Below, one piece after another: positions 28,152-37,257 of a stretch of DNA of 64,000 nucleotides. Where the stretch lies: NCBI GenBank assembly GCA_900545605.1, contig UQZL01000002.1, positions 43,943 to 107,942 on the forward strand. The letters run 5' to 3'. The DNA comes from an uncultured Collinsella sp. Its GTDB lineage: Bacteria; Actinomycetota; Coriobacteriia; Coriobacteriales; Coriobacteriaceae. Position numbers and translations under genes: made by a program. Each line of letters starts with the position of its first letter. Within the stretch, counting starts at the first letter, position 1. The notes under the pieces were generated by a model that was not told the origin of the DNA, ran no database searches, and worked only from the letters and a program-made list of their open reading frames with translations.

Positions 28152-29357
28152 TTACGCGGACGGCTCCTGCTGAGTAATGCAGTGGATGTTGCCGCCACCG
28201 AAGACGACCTGCTCGGACTGAACGCCGACGCACTTGTAGACGCCCTCGCCCCAGACCTCGTCGTAGATCTTCTGGAGCGTGTCGACGGCCAGCTGGTCGT
28301 TCTCGTCGCCGTACTGCGGGACGATAACGCCGTGGTTGGTCACGAGGTAGTTCATGTAGGAGGCGATCAGCGGCTCGTCGGGGACGCGCGGCTCGGCGTT
28401 CTCGTCGGCGTCGATGGTGTCGCAGGAAGCCTGGTCCATGAACAGCGGGTTCACGGGCATGCAGAGCTTGTAGACCTTCATCTTGCGGCCCTTGGCGTCG
28501 ACGGCGTTGGAGAGGGTCTCGTAGGCAGCGTGGCACTGCTCGTAGAACGGATACTCGGGATCGTCGGTCCAAATGCAGGCCATGACGCCCGGCGCGATGA
28601 ACGTGGCGACGTCGTCGATGTGGCCGTTGGTCTCCTCGGGGTCGATGCCCTCCTTGACCCAGATGACCTTCTCGACACCCAGGTAATCCTTGAGGTGCTC
28701 GTCCATGTAGGCGCGAAGCTCCTCGCTCCAGGGCTCAAACTTCTTGCGGTACTTGGACCAGATGGACTCGGGATCCTCTTCCTCCTCCAGAACCGCAGAG
28801 CAGGTGCGGCCCGGGGAAAGCAGGCACTGGTCGGTCACGACAAGGGTGCCCTCGCCGTCGACGGTGATGGAGCCGCCCTCGAGGATCATGTCGTCGGGAC
28901 GATAGCGGCGGCAGCCGGAGAGCTCAGCCATCTTGAGGGCGATCTGCTCGTCCTTGTCCCACGGGAAGTACAGGCCGTCGACGAGGCCGCCGTAGGCGTT
29001 GAAGTGCCAGTGGTTGGCGCGCTTCTCGCCCTTGCCGTTGATGACGTAGGTGGCGGCAGTGTCGCGGAACCAGGCGTCGTCGGTGGTCATCTCGATGACG
29101 GTGACGTTCTCGTCGTTCTCGAAGACGGCCTTGCAGTTGGCGTAGTCGACCTGGTTGGCGCACATATAGACCGGGGTGAACTCGGAGATGGCGCGGGCGA
29201 TGGCGGCATACTGCTTCTGGGCCGGCTTGGCGCCGTGGGCCCAGGTGTCGGTGCGGTGGGGCCAGCCCATCCACACGCGATCCTGCGGGGCGAACTCGGC
29301 GGGCATGAAGAAGCCGTCGGCCTTGGGGGTGGACTCGGACTCGGTGATCGTACGCAT
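28152..29357 (-). CDS. aguA: Agmatine deiminase, copy 2
   Basis: MPAEF, DAWFRD, LEGGS, TNGHID, GGGNIHCITQQ. Start at 29357 after GGAGGA. Confidence 0.93.
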   Translation of the reverse strand: MRTITESESTPKADGFFMPAEFAPQDRVWMGWPHRTDTWAHGAKPAQKQYAAIARAISEFTPVYMCANQVDYANCKAVFENDENVTVIEMTTDDAWFRDTAATYVINGKGEKRANHWHFNAYGGLVDGLYFPWDKDEQIALKMAELSGCRRYRPDDMILEGGSITVDGEGTLVVTDQCLLSPGRTCSAVLEEEEDPESIWSKYRKKFEPWSEELRAYMDEHLKDYLGVEKVIWVKEGIDPEETNGHIDDVATFIAPGVMACIWTDDPEYPFYEQCHAAYETLSNAVDAKGRKMKVYKLCMPVNPLFMDQASCDTIDADENAEPRVPDEPLIASYMNYLVTNHGVIVPQYGDENDQLAVDTLQKIYDEVWGEGVYKCVGVQSEQVVFGGGNIHCITQQEPSA

Positions 29358-29725
29358 AAGATTTCCTCCAAATCGAACGATCGCTTGCTGCGGGCGGGTT
29401 ACCCGCAGCCTAAAACCAAGAGATGGTAGGCGCCCGTTCCCCGGCAAAGGTCGGGGCGCCCGGTGCCGGTTTTCACGGAATCGCACCGGCAAGCGACGAC
29501 GTAACCAAGTGCGCGGAGACAAAACGCACGAAGGATACGGAAGAGAGATTGGGGTGGGCGGTGGTTACCGGAGCTATCGCTCACACCCACCCCGGGGGAA
29601 TGGTTAGCAAACCTGTCGCTTGGACACGCCTCCGAAGAGGCTAGAGTGCCCGGAGTCGGGAGCGACAAGCCCGACGAAGCGCGCGTTGGTACACGAGGAG
29701 GGTTGGAGCCCCAGAACCGGGTGCT

Positions 29726-31165
29726 CTAGTTCTCCTCGGCCTCCTCGGACTCCTCAGCGAGGCGCTGAGCAGCCAGCTCGGGAGTGAGACCCTTGTACTC
29801 GGTCTCGCGGCCCTTAGCACTGACGACGCGGACAACCTCGCCAATAAGCAAGAGCACGATGAAGATGACGATCATCGGGACCTTATCGCCAATCTCATCG
29901 ACAGAGAACGGAATCAACGTTGCAACGATAGCCAGAATCAGCTCGATGCAGGGAATAGCCAGCATGACCTTCATCATGGCGCCCTTAAACGGGAACGTAA
30001 AGATACGCTCACGGTTGGGGTCGTTCTTACGAAGGTTGAGGAATGCCGGGAACATCGGGATGTAGGTCAGCAGCAGGAAGACAACGGAGGTACCGAAGAG
30101 CATCCAGAAGACACCGTTGGAGATGGCGTCGATGGGAACCAGCTGCAGGCACAGCACCAGGGAGGCAACGATGGCGTTGACCAGGTTGGCGCCGTTGGGC
30201 ATGTCGTCATCCGAGATCATCGAGGCGAAGACCTTGGGCATGTTGCCGTGCTCGGCAGCGTAGCGAGCAACGGAGTTAACGCCGAAGGACCAGGCAGCCA
30301 TGTTGGCGAACAGCGTAATCAGGAAGGCGATGCAGATGACCTTAAAGATCATGGAATCGCCCACAATAGTCTGGACAGCATAAATCATGCCGTAGTCGGG
30401 ATCGATGGAATCGGCCGGCACAGCAGCGCCGATGCCAAAGCCAGCGAAGAGGTAGATCACGGCGATGGACAGGCCGCCGACGATGATAGCCTTGGGGATA
30501 TCGCGAGCGGGATCGGCCATATCGTCGGTCATGGTGCAGATGACCTCGAAGCCCATGAAGTTAAAGATGATGATCGACAGGTAGCCGAGCGCGTTGGTGT
30601 TGGTGAGCTCGGGCAAGAAGGTGACAGCGGACATATCGTTCGCGAAACCGTTCTCCATGGCGTACCAAATGCCCAAAGCGCCGACGATAACGGCAACGGC
30701 GACCTTGATGATGGCGCCGCCGTTCAGGACCCACTCGGAGTCGGCAGCCTTTGAGCGACCCATAAGATAGACAATCCACACAAAGGCAAGGTCGATACCA
30801 ATCTTGGCAATCAGATTGAACTCGACGCCAAAGACCATGCCCAAAATGTCCGGGAACATAGTAGCCAGCGAGGCAATCCACAGCGGGTAGTTAACCCAGT
30901 AGTAGTACGAAATGCGGGCGCCCCACTTGTCGCCCAGGCCATCGCGTACCCAGTCGTAAATGCCACCCTCACCGTCATAGGTAGTGCCGAGCTCGGCAAC
31001 GACCATGCCATAAGGGAGCAGGAAGGTCAGAATCAGGAAGATCCACCAGAAGAACTGCTGGTTACCAATGGCAGCAGCAGGTGCGGCGGCCTCGCAAACG
31101 AAGACGACGCAGATGATGGTCGAGATGACCGTCAAGAAGGAAAGCTTTTTCTTTCCGTCGCTCAT
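29726..31165 (-). CDS. aguD: Agmatine/putrescine antiporter (APC family)
   Basis: APC motifs as above; lies between putrescine carbamoyltransferase and agmatine deiminase. Confidence 0.82.
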   Translation of the reverse strand: MSDGKKKLSFLTVISTIICVVFVCEAAAPAAAIGNQQFFWWIFLILTFLLPYGMVVAELGTTYDGEGGIYDWVRDGLGDKWGARISYYYWVNYPLWIASLATMFPDILGMVFGVEFNLIAKIGIDLAFVWIVYLMGRSKAADSEWVLNGGAIIKVAVAVIVGALGIWYAMENGFANDMSAVTFLPELTNTNALGYLSIIIFNFMGFEVICTMTDDMADPARDIPKAIIVGGLSIAVIYLFAGFGIGAAVPADSIDPDYGMIYAVQTIVGDSMIFKVICIAFLITLFANMAAWSFGVNSVARYAAEHGNMPKVFASMISDDDMPNGANLVNAIVASLVLCLQLVPIDAISNGVFWMLFGTSVVFLLLTYIPMFPAFLNLRKNDPNRERIFTFPFKGAMMKVMLAIPCIELILAIVATLIPFSVDEIGDKVPMIVIFIVLLLIGEVVRVVSAKGRETEYKGLTPELAAQRLAEESEEAEEN

Positions 31166-31297
31166 GATGAGCTCCTTCGCTCAGTCTTGGACAAATCGAG
31201 GCCCTTAAGATATTAAGGCAATTGCCGGGCCTCGGTGAGCGGGCGACAGGAGACGAGCATCCGCCGCCCGCAAACGTGCTTTTAGAAGCCTTGAGGC

Positions 31298-32371
31298 TTA
31301 GAGCTGCTCGAGAGCCTCGAGAGCGGCGTGGAGCTCAGCCTTGGCGGAGTACTCGACACCCTCGTCGTTGAGCGGGGTGCGCTTGCCCAGGGCGGCAAGG
31401 AGAGCACGGATGGAGTGCTTGCGGTTCTCGGCCTCGACCCAGCACAGGGAGCGCTCGGGATCGTCCATGACTTCGTCGACGACCTCCTCGTTGCGGGTGG
31501 CCGGCAGGCAGTGCATGAACTTGGAGTTGGGGCCGGCAAAGTTCATCATGTCCATGGTGACCTGATACTTGGGATAGAACACGTCCATGTAGTTCTCGCC
31601 CGAGACCTCCTCGTCGTACAGGCCATACCACACGTCGGTGTAGATGAAGTCGGCGCCCTTGATGCACTCGATGTCGTCGGAGATGACGACAGAGCCGCCG
31701 GAGACCTTGCAGTTCTCCTCGGCGATGGCCATCATCTGCTTGCCGAACTCGGCGCGCTCCTCGACGGTGCCAACGTGCAGGCCGCCGTCGGGAATCTGGT
31801 GGCCCTTAGGTCCAAACTGGACAAACTTCATGCCGACCTTGGAGGCGATGAACATGAGGGAGACGCAGACCTGGGTGGCGTCGCCGATGAAGGCCAGGGT
31901 GCAGTCCTCGATCTTCTTGCCCTCGGGGAGGTTCTCGAGCATGGTCATGAGGTCGCCCATCTCCTGCGTGGGATGGTTGAACTCGGACATGCCGTTGATG
32001 ACGGGCACAGCGGAGCCCTCGGCGAGGCCGACGACGTCCTTGTGACGGTCAACGCGAGCCATCATGATGTCGAGCAGCGAGCCCATAACGCGAGCGGTGT
32101 CGCCCAGGGACTCGTGACCGCCGAGCTGGATGGTGCCAGGGCCATAGAACTGAGCATGGCCGCCGAGGTCGGTCATAGCGGTCTCGAAGGAAAGACGAGT
32201 GCGGGTGGAGACCTGCTGGAAGATCATGCCAAGGCTCTTGTTGCGGAGCAGGTGCGGATAATAACCGTCAACCTTGATGGCCTTCTTCATTGCCAGACCA
32301 AGATCCTCGATAGCCAGGATCTGCTCTTTGGTGAAGTCGTTGGTGTCGATGAAATCCTTAGGCAGTGCCAT
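31298..32371 (-). CDS. aguB: Putrescine carbamoyltransferase
   Basis: STRT, HPTQ, HCLP, and the DVWYGLY loop that distinguishes putrescine from ornithine transcarbamylases. Confidence 0.9.
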   Translation of the reverse strand: MALPKDFIDTNDFTKEQILAIEDLGLAMKKAIKVDGYYPHLLRNKSLGMIFQQVSTRTRLSFETAMTDLGGHAQFYGPGTIQLGGHESLGDTARVMGSLLDIMMARVDRHKDVVGLAEGSAVPVINGMSEFNHPTQEMGDLMTMLENLPEGKKIEDCTLAFIGDATQVCVSLMFIASKVGMKFVQFGPKGHQIPDGGLHVGTVEERAEFGKQMMAIAEENCKVSGGSVVISDDIECIKGADFIYTDVWYGLYDEEVSGENYMDVFYPKYQVTMDMMNFAGPNSKFMHCLPATRNEEVVDEVMDDPERSLCWVEAENRKHSIRALLAALGKRTPLNDEGVEYSAKAELHAALEALEQL

Positions 32372-32701
32372 GTCGATTTCCTTTCCGCCGGTCTTGCCGA
32401 CTATTACTATGAGGCGCTCGAACATCACGCCTCGTGTTGACAAGACCATCATTCACCCGTATGCAATTTTTACCTAGTTTATTCGGGATTAAAGACCGTT
32501 CATGGAGTTACACCCCCTCTAAACCAATATAAACCCGCAGGTCAAGAGTTTACAGGGGGTTTACCATCTAGAACCGCGAACGGTATACGGCTATGCTGTA
32601 TCTCGGCGCCTAATCCGCAATGAAACGAAGGGTTGAGACGTCTATATCCCACAAGGTATACAGAGCTCGGCCATAGAATAAATGAGATGGGACGGTGACA
32701 G

Positions 32702-33667
32702 ATGAACACCCTGATGTTCTTCTATACCCTAGCGATACTCGTGATCTGTATTGTGACGGCGGTGCTCTCGCTTGCCGCCTATGCCTCGTCTCGTCGACGC
32801 TTCTTTATCTATGGCAGCGGCGTATTTATCTGCTATGCCATCGAGATGACCGAGATTTTCTTTTTTGAATACACGCTGCAAAACCAGAGTTTTCCAGCCA
32901 GCGACTATTACTCAATTACCATGCCTGCGTTGCGGACCTTTGTGGCGACCGCTTCGCAGGCTTTTATTTGGCTCATTGCCATGGATTTGCTCGACAAGCA
33001 TTCAAAAAAGCAGTTTGTCATTCCCGTCGCAACGTTCTTGCTGAGCGAGCTGCTGATTATCGTCGCTGTCCCCTACGGCCCCATTCATCAATGGCTCTAC
33101 TACACGATGCGTCAGGTATTCCTTGTTTTCGTGGGGCTATATATCTTTTGGACGGCACGCAAGAGCACGCAAGTCGAGCTGAAGGCACGCGTTAACAACC
33201 AACGAAAGCACCTGATTATCGGCGCTATTCTGGTCGGTTGCATCGTTGCCGAGGATTTCTACAACATTCTGATTGTCCCCATGAGTCTGGCGCCCTCTTG
33301 GCTGCAACTATATCTGTCCGAGCGCAACTTTAGCGAAAACGTCTTTGCCTGCTACTTTGCGATTCTGCTGATCATCTACTCCTACCACGTGCTTTCAATC
33401 CGCATGCAGGAGGCGCCCGAGGAAAAGAACGTCAGCGATCTTGATCGACACATCGAAGAGCAGATGCCCTTCTATCGCAACGCCTACAAGCTCTCCAACC
33501 GTGAGACCGAAGTTATGCGTCTGGTCGTACTGGGCAAATCGAACCAAGAGATCGCTGACGAGCTATTCCTTGCCGTGGGCACCGTCAAGACCCACATCCA
33601 CAACATCCTGGTCAAAACCGAACAGCAAAACCGCACGACGCTCATCCTCCACTTTTGGAAGCGATAA
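32702..33667 (+). CDS. aguR: Membrane-anchored LuxR activator (AguR-like), copy 2
   Basis: Multi-TM N-terminus plus LuxR HTH (LSNRETEV...TVKTHIHNI); divergent from aguB. Confidence 0.8.
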   Translation: MNTLMFFYTLAILVICIVTAVLSLAAYASSRRRFFIYGSGVFICYAIEMTEIFFFEYTLQNQSFPASDYYSITMPALRTFVATASQAFIWLIAMDLLDKHSKKQFVIPVATFLLSELLIIVAVPYGPIHQWLYYTMRQVFLVFVGLYIFWTARKSTQVELKARVNNQRKHLIIGAILVGCIVAEDFYNILIVPMSLAPSWLQLYLSERNFSENVFACYFAILLIIYSYHVLSIRMQEAPEEKNVSDLDRHIEEQMPFYRNAYKLSNRETEVMRLVVLGKSNQEIADELFLAVGTVKTHIHNILVKTEQQNRTTLILHFWKR

Positions 33668-33680
33668 CCTGCCAAAAAGG

Positions 33681-33957
33681 GACAGGTTTATTTTGGCAGG
33701 TTTTATCTGGGCAAACGCCAAAAACCGCCGCGAGGGAGCTACTTTCCCTCGCGGCGGTTTTCTAGCAGTAAAACCAAGTGAGTAGGCTTTTGGCGGGATG
33801 CCGAGCACACCTCAAAACGCCACAGCCCTGACCTGCGATTTTATTGAGCACTTGCCGCGATGTGCTCGGCAGATCCAAAAAAGCCTACTCACTTGCATCT
33901 GAGATGCTCTAGATACGCAAAATACCGCCGCGAAGGGAGCTGGACTCCCTTCGCGGC
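33681..33957 (+). repeat. ~277-bp composite repeat, copy B
   Basis: Direct-repeat partner of 19744-20019; an inverted partial copy lies at about 13545-13593. Confidence 0.9.
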
Positions 33958-33996
33958 GGTTATTCGCTCTGATTTTGCGACGGTTTTGCCCGCTTG

Positions 33997-36219
33997 TTAC
34001 TCGCTGTAGCGGGTGGCGATGGCGGCTTGTACCATGCCGGTGCTCATGAGGTAGGTCACCAGGAAGTAACCACCATAGGCTGCCAGGAAGATCGCGCAGG
34101 TGAGGCCCACGGTGCCGCCTATGCTCATGTTGCCGAACGTGCTCACCAGCTCGATGATCACCTTGAGCGCCACAAAGGAGTGAGCCAGCCCCACTGCCAG
34201 CGGGAACAGGAAGAATACCGCTTGCTGCGCCATCACCGAATGGCGGATCTGGCGGTCGTCACAGCCGATCTGTGCCAGCACACGATAGCTGCGGCTGCCG
34301 TCGGCCACATTGGAGAGCTGCTGGATCGACAGTATCGCCGCGCACGCAACGACCAGTACAAAGCCAATGTAGATGGCCAAATAGCTAATCATGCCGTTCA
34401 TCTGCGCCGCCTGCGTGTACATCTCGGAGCGTGTAATGACGATTCCCCACGACCCCGGCTCCTTGCCGTCAACGAGCAGATTGTCGAGCACCGTGTATTT
34501 AATGCTCTCGTCTGCCTCAGTCGTATCCATCCCCTGTTTGTAGTTAACGAGCAGGCTACTGGAATACGGCTGCAGCTTAAGCTGGGACAACAGCTCGTCG
34601 GCAACGACGACGGTACCCGGATTACTGCTCATCGCCGAGTTGGCGATGGCCGCCGTGTCCTTGTCCGACTTATCGGTTGCGGGCTTGAGCTCATGCCCGC
34701 CCAAGGTGAGGGTATGGCCGCCGGCCATGTATTTGGTGTACAGGTCGCCCAGATCACCGCCCATATCACACGTAAGCAAGTACTGGTCGAGGCCAATGCT
34801 CACTGGCTCCTCGCCCATCATCTGGCGCAGTTTGTTGTACTGGCTCGCCGGCGTCACAAACAGGCCCATCGTATCGGCATTGCTACCCCCGAACGCCCTG
34901 GGAAGCTTTTCGCCCATGGTCTTGCACATCTCACTTGGAGTCACCGAAGGATCCGAGCCGCCAAGCGGGTAACTCAGATACGAATCGATCTGCACATGCT
35001 CACCGGCAACATCGGCGATACTGACCTTCTTGCCGGTCTCGTCGTTGTTGTCCGCCGACTTGCCCTTACGATCGCCATGCCATGGATCGCCGTGCCATGC
35101 GGAGTACAAATCGACCGTACTATCGGCCAGCACCATGCGATCGGCCTCAGACGGATTGACATACTCCTTGTAGTAGTCGAGCGTTTCGGGCGTGTAATAG
35201 ATATACGTCTGCGACATATCGGCCGGCGTATAGCGCTCCAGATTCTCATTCATCACGTTGGCGATCGACATACCGCACGTCACCGAGGTAATGGCGAGGA
35301 ACAGAATCATCGCGATGACGCCCATCGAAAAGCACACCGTATTGACCTTGGCCGAAAGCTGACGCACGGTAAACATATTGAGGCCGCGCCAATACACGCT
35401 GCGCAGGCTCTGCAGCAGCTTGATGAGCATGCCCGAGAGTCCCCAGAACAGGGCAAAGGTGCCCACGGTAACCATAGCGGTCGTAATACCAAACTGGTTC
35501 ATGGCCTCTTGCAGCTTGCTGTCCGTCGCGGTTAGCGGGAACCCATCACGTAGCAGACGGTAATAGGCCACGCCCACCAGCACCGCGCCCACGGCAAAGA
35601 TGGCAATCGCGATCCAGGGGTTGCGTGTCTTGATGCTCTCGTTGCGACGCTCGGCACCCATAAGCTCGATGAGTTTGGTACGACGCATGGCGCGAAGGTT
35701 CAGCAGTAGCGTGAGCACAAACATTACGAGCATGCAGGCAAGGGTCAGATTGAACGCATGCACCGAGAAAAAGAAGTGGAAATTGGCGATCTGTGTCTTA
35801 AAGAGCGAGGCCGTAAAGAACGTCATGAGCTGGGAGAGTCCCACACCCAGCACAATGCCGGCGACAAAGGCCACGACCGATACTATCACGGTCTCGAGCG
35901 CCATGATCGTGGCGACGCGCCCGCGCCCCATGCCGAGCACCTGGTACAGGCCAAACTCCTTCTTACGGCGTTTCATGATGAAGTTATTGGCATACACCAT
36001 CAAAAAGGCCATGACACCGGCCAAAAAGTACGTCAGGTCGCCGAGCATGCTGCCCATTACCTGCGCCAAGCCCTCTTCATCGATGCCGGCGATGTCGACC
36101 TGCATCGAGATGGTGTTAAAGGCATAGAAGACCGTGACGCCCAGGGTGAGCGTCAAAAGGTAGACGAGGTAGTCGCGGCCGGCGCGGCGGACGTTGCCCC
36201 AAGCGAGTTTACAGAGCAT
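33997..36219 (-). CDS. BceB-like (FtsX-family) ABC permease
   Basis: RRKKEFGLYQVLGM; multiple TMs with a large extracellular domain; YIGFVL...LSIQQLS C-terminal pattern. Confidence 0.88.
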   Translation of the reverse strand: MLCKLAWGNVRRAGRDYLVYLLTLTLGVTVFYAFNTISMQVDIAGIDEEGLAQVMGSMLGDLTYFLAGVMAFLMVYANNFIMKRRKKEFGLYQVLGMGRGRVATIMALETVIVSVVAFVAGIVLGVGLSQLMTFFTASLFKTQIANFHFFFSVHAFNLTLACMLVMFVLTLLLNLRAMRRTKLIELMGAERRNESIKTRNPWIAIAIFAVGAVLVGVAYYRLLRDGFPLTATDSKLQEAMNQFGITTAMVTVGTFALFWGLSGMLIKLLQSLRSVYWRGLNMFTVRQLSAKVNTVCFSMGVIAMILFLAITSVTCGMSIANVMNENLERYTPADMSQTYIYYTPETLDYYKEYVNPSEADRMVLADSTVDLYSAWHGDPWHGDRKGKSADNNDETGKKVSIADVAGEHVQIDSYLSYPLGGSDPSVTPSEMCKTMGEKLPRAFGGSNADTMGLFVTPASQYNKLRQMMGEEPVSIGLDQYLLTCDMGGDLGDLYTKYMAGGHTLTLGGHELKPATDKSDKDTAAIANSAMSSNPGTVVVADELLSQLKLQPYSSSLLVNYKQGMDTTEADESIKYTVLDNLLVDGKEPGSWGIVITRSEMYTQAAQMNGMISYLAIYIGFVLVVACAAILSIQQLSNVADGSRSYRVLAQIGCDDRQIRHSVMAQQAVFFLFPLAVGLAHSFVALKVIIELVSTFGNMSIGGTVGLTCAIFLAAYGGYFLVTYLMSTGMVQAAIATRYSE

Positions 36220-36994
36220 CGGAGCCCTCACCGCCCATCATGGCAACGACCTCCATAATGCGGTCGAAGAACTCTCGGCGGTCGGTGTCGCCGCGGCGCA
36301 GCTCGGTGAAGATCTTGCCGTCGCGGATAAACAGCACACGGCTCGTGTAGCTGGCGGCAAAGCTATCGTGCGTGACCATGAGCACGGTAGCGCGTAGGCG
36401 GCAATTGAGGGCCTCCAGGCTCTCGAGCAGCAGGCGGGCGCTCTTGGAATCGAGGGCGCCGGTGGGCTCGTCAGCCATGATCATGGTGGGGTCGGTGACG
36501 AGCGCGCGAGCCGCGGCAACGCGCTGCTGCTGACCGCCGGACATCTGGTAGGGATACTTGTCGAGCACCTGACTGATAGACAGGCGCGCGGCCACATCTT
36601 GCACGCGGGTCGAAATCTCTGCCGAATTTGTGCGAGCGATGGTGAGCGGCAGGGCGATGTTCTCGCGTGCCGTGAGCGTATCGAGCAGGTTGGAGTCCTG
36701 GAAGATAAAGCCGAGCTCCTCGCGGCGGAACTGCGAAAGCTTAGTCTGCTTCATGCGTGTCACGTCCTGCCCGTTGATGCGGATCATGCCACTTGTGGCG
36801 CTATCGATGGTCGACACGCAGTTGAGCAACGTCGACTTGCCCGAGCCCGAAGCGCCCATGATGCCCACGAATTCCCCGCGGTTGACGGTAAAGCTGACGT
36901 CGTTGAGCGCGCGGGTCACGTTGCCCAGCGCTCCATATACTTTTTCGAGATGCGCGACCTCCAGTACCGGGGTCGCTGCTTGCGTGGTTTGCAT
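36209..36994 (-). CDS. BceA-like ABC ATPase
   Basis: GASGSGKS, MSGGQQQR, ADEPTGALDSKS, VTHD. Confidence 0.92.
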   Translation of the reverse strand: MQTTQAATPVLEVAHLEKVYGALGNVTRALNDVSFTVNRGEFVGIMGASGSGKSTLLNCVSTIDSATSGMIRINGQDVTRMKQTKLSQFRREELGFIFQDSNLLDTLTARENIALPLTIARTNSAEISTRVQDVAARLSISQVLDKYPYQMSGGQQQRVAAARALVTDPTMIMADEPTGALDSKSARLLLESLEALNCRLRATVLMVTHDSFAASYTSRVLFIRDGKIFTELRRGDTDRREFFDRIMEVVAMMGGEGSDAL

Positions 36995-37067
36995 ACCGAG
37001 TCCTTTCTTGCGATTAGTCTACGGCATCTATAGTCGCAAGAAGACGAGTCGGCTACCATCGATATGG

Positions 37068-37095
37068 CTTACGCTTGCCTTACCGTTGTGTAAGG
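37068..37095 (-). promoter_or_regulatory. BceR/GraR-like response-regulator site
   Basis: The minus strand reads CCTTACACAACGGTAAGG followed by a second GTAAG half-site, upstream of the bceA-like gene. Confidence 0.6.
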
Positions 37096-37098
37096 TAC

Positions 37099-37225
37099 GG
37101 GTAGCTAATTTGGGACGGGGCTATTTTGACTACCCTTTGACTGCCAGCGACTAATTTGGGGTTGGGACAAATATCAGCTGCCGTATGGGGGTAGTCAAAA
37201 TAGCCCCGTCCCAAATTAGCTACCC
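37099..37225. repeat. Inverted-repeat cassette with perfect 37-bp GGGTAG...CTACCC arms
   Basis: GGGTAGCTAATTTGGGACGGGGCTATTTTGACTACCC and its exact reverse complement, ~53-bp spacer. Confidence 0.9.
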
Positions 37226-37257
37226 TGTCACGTATTGTTGTTGAGAGAGGACTCCTG

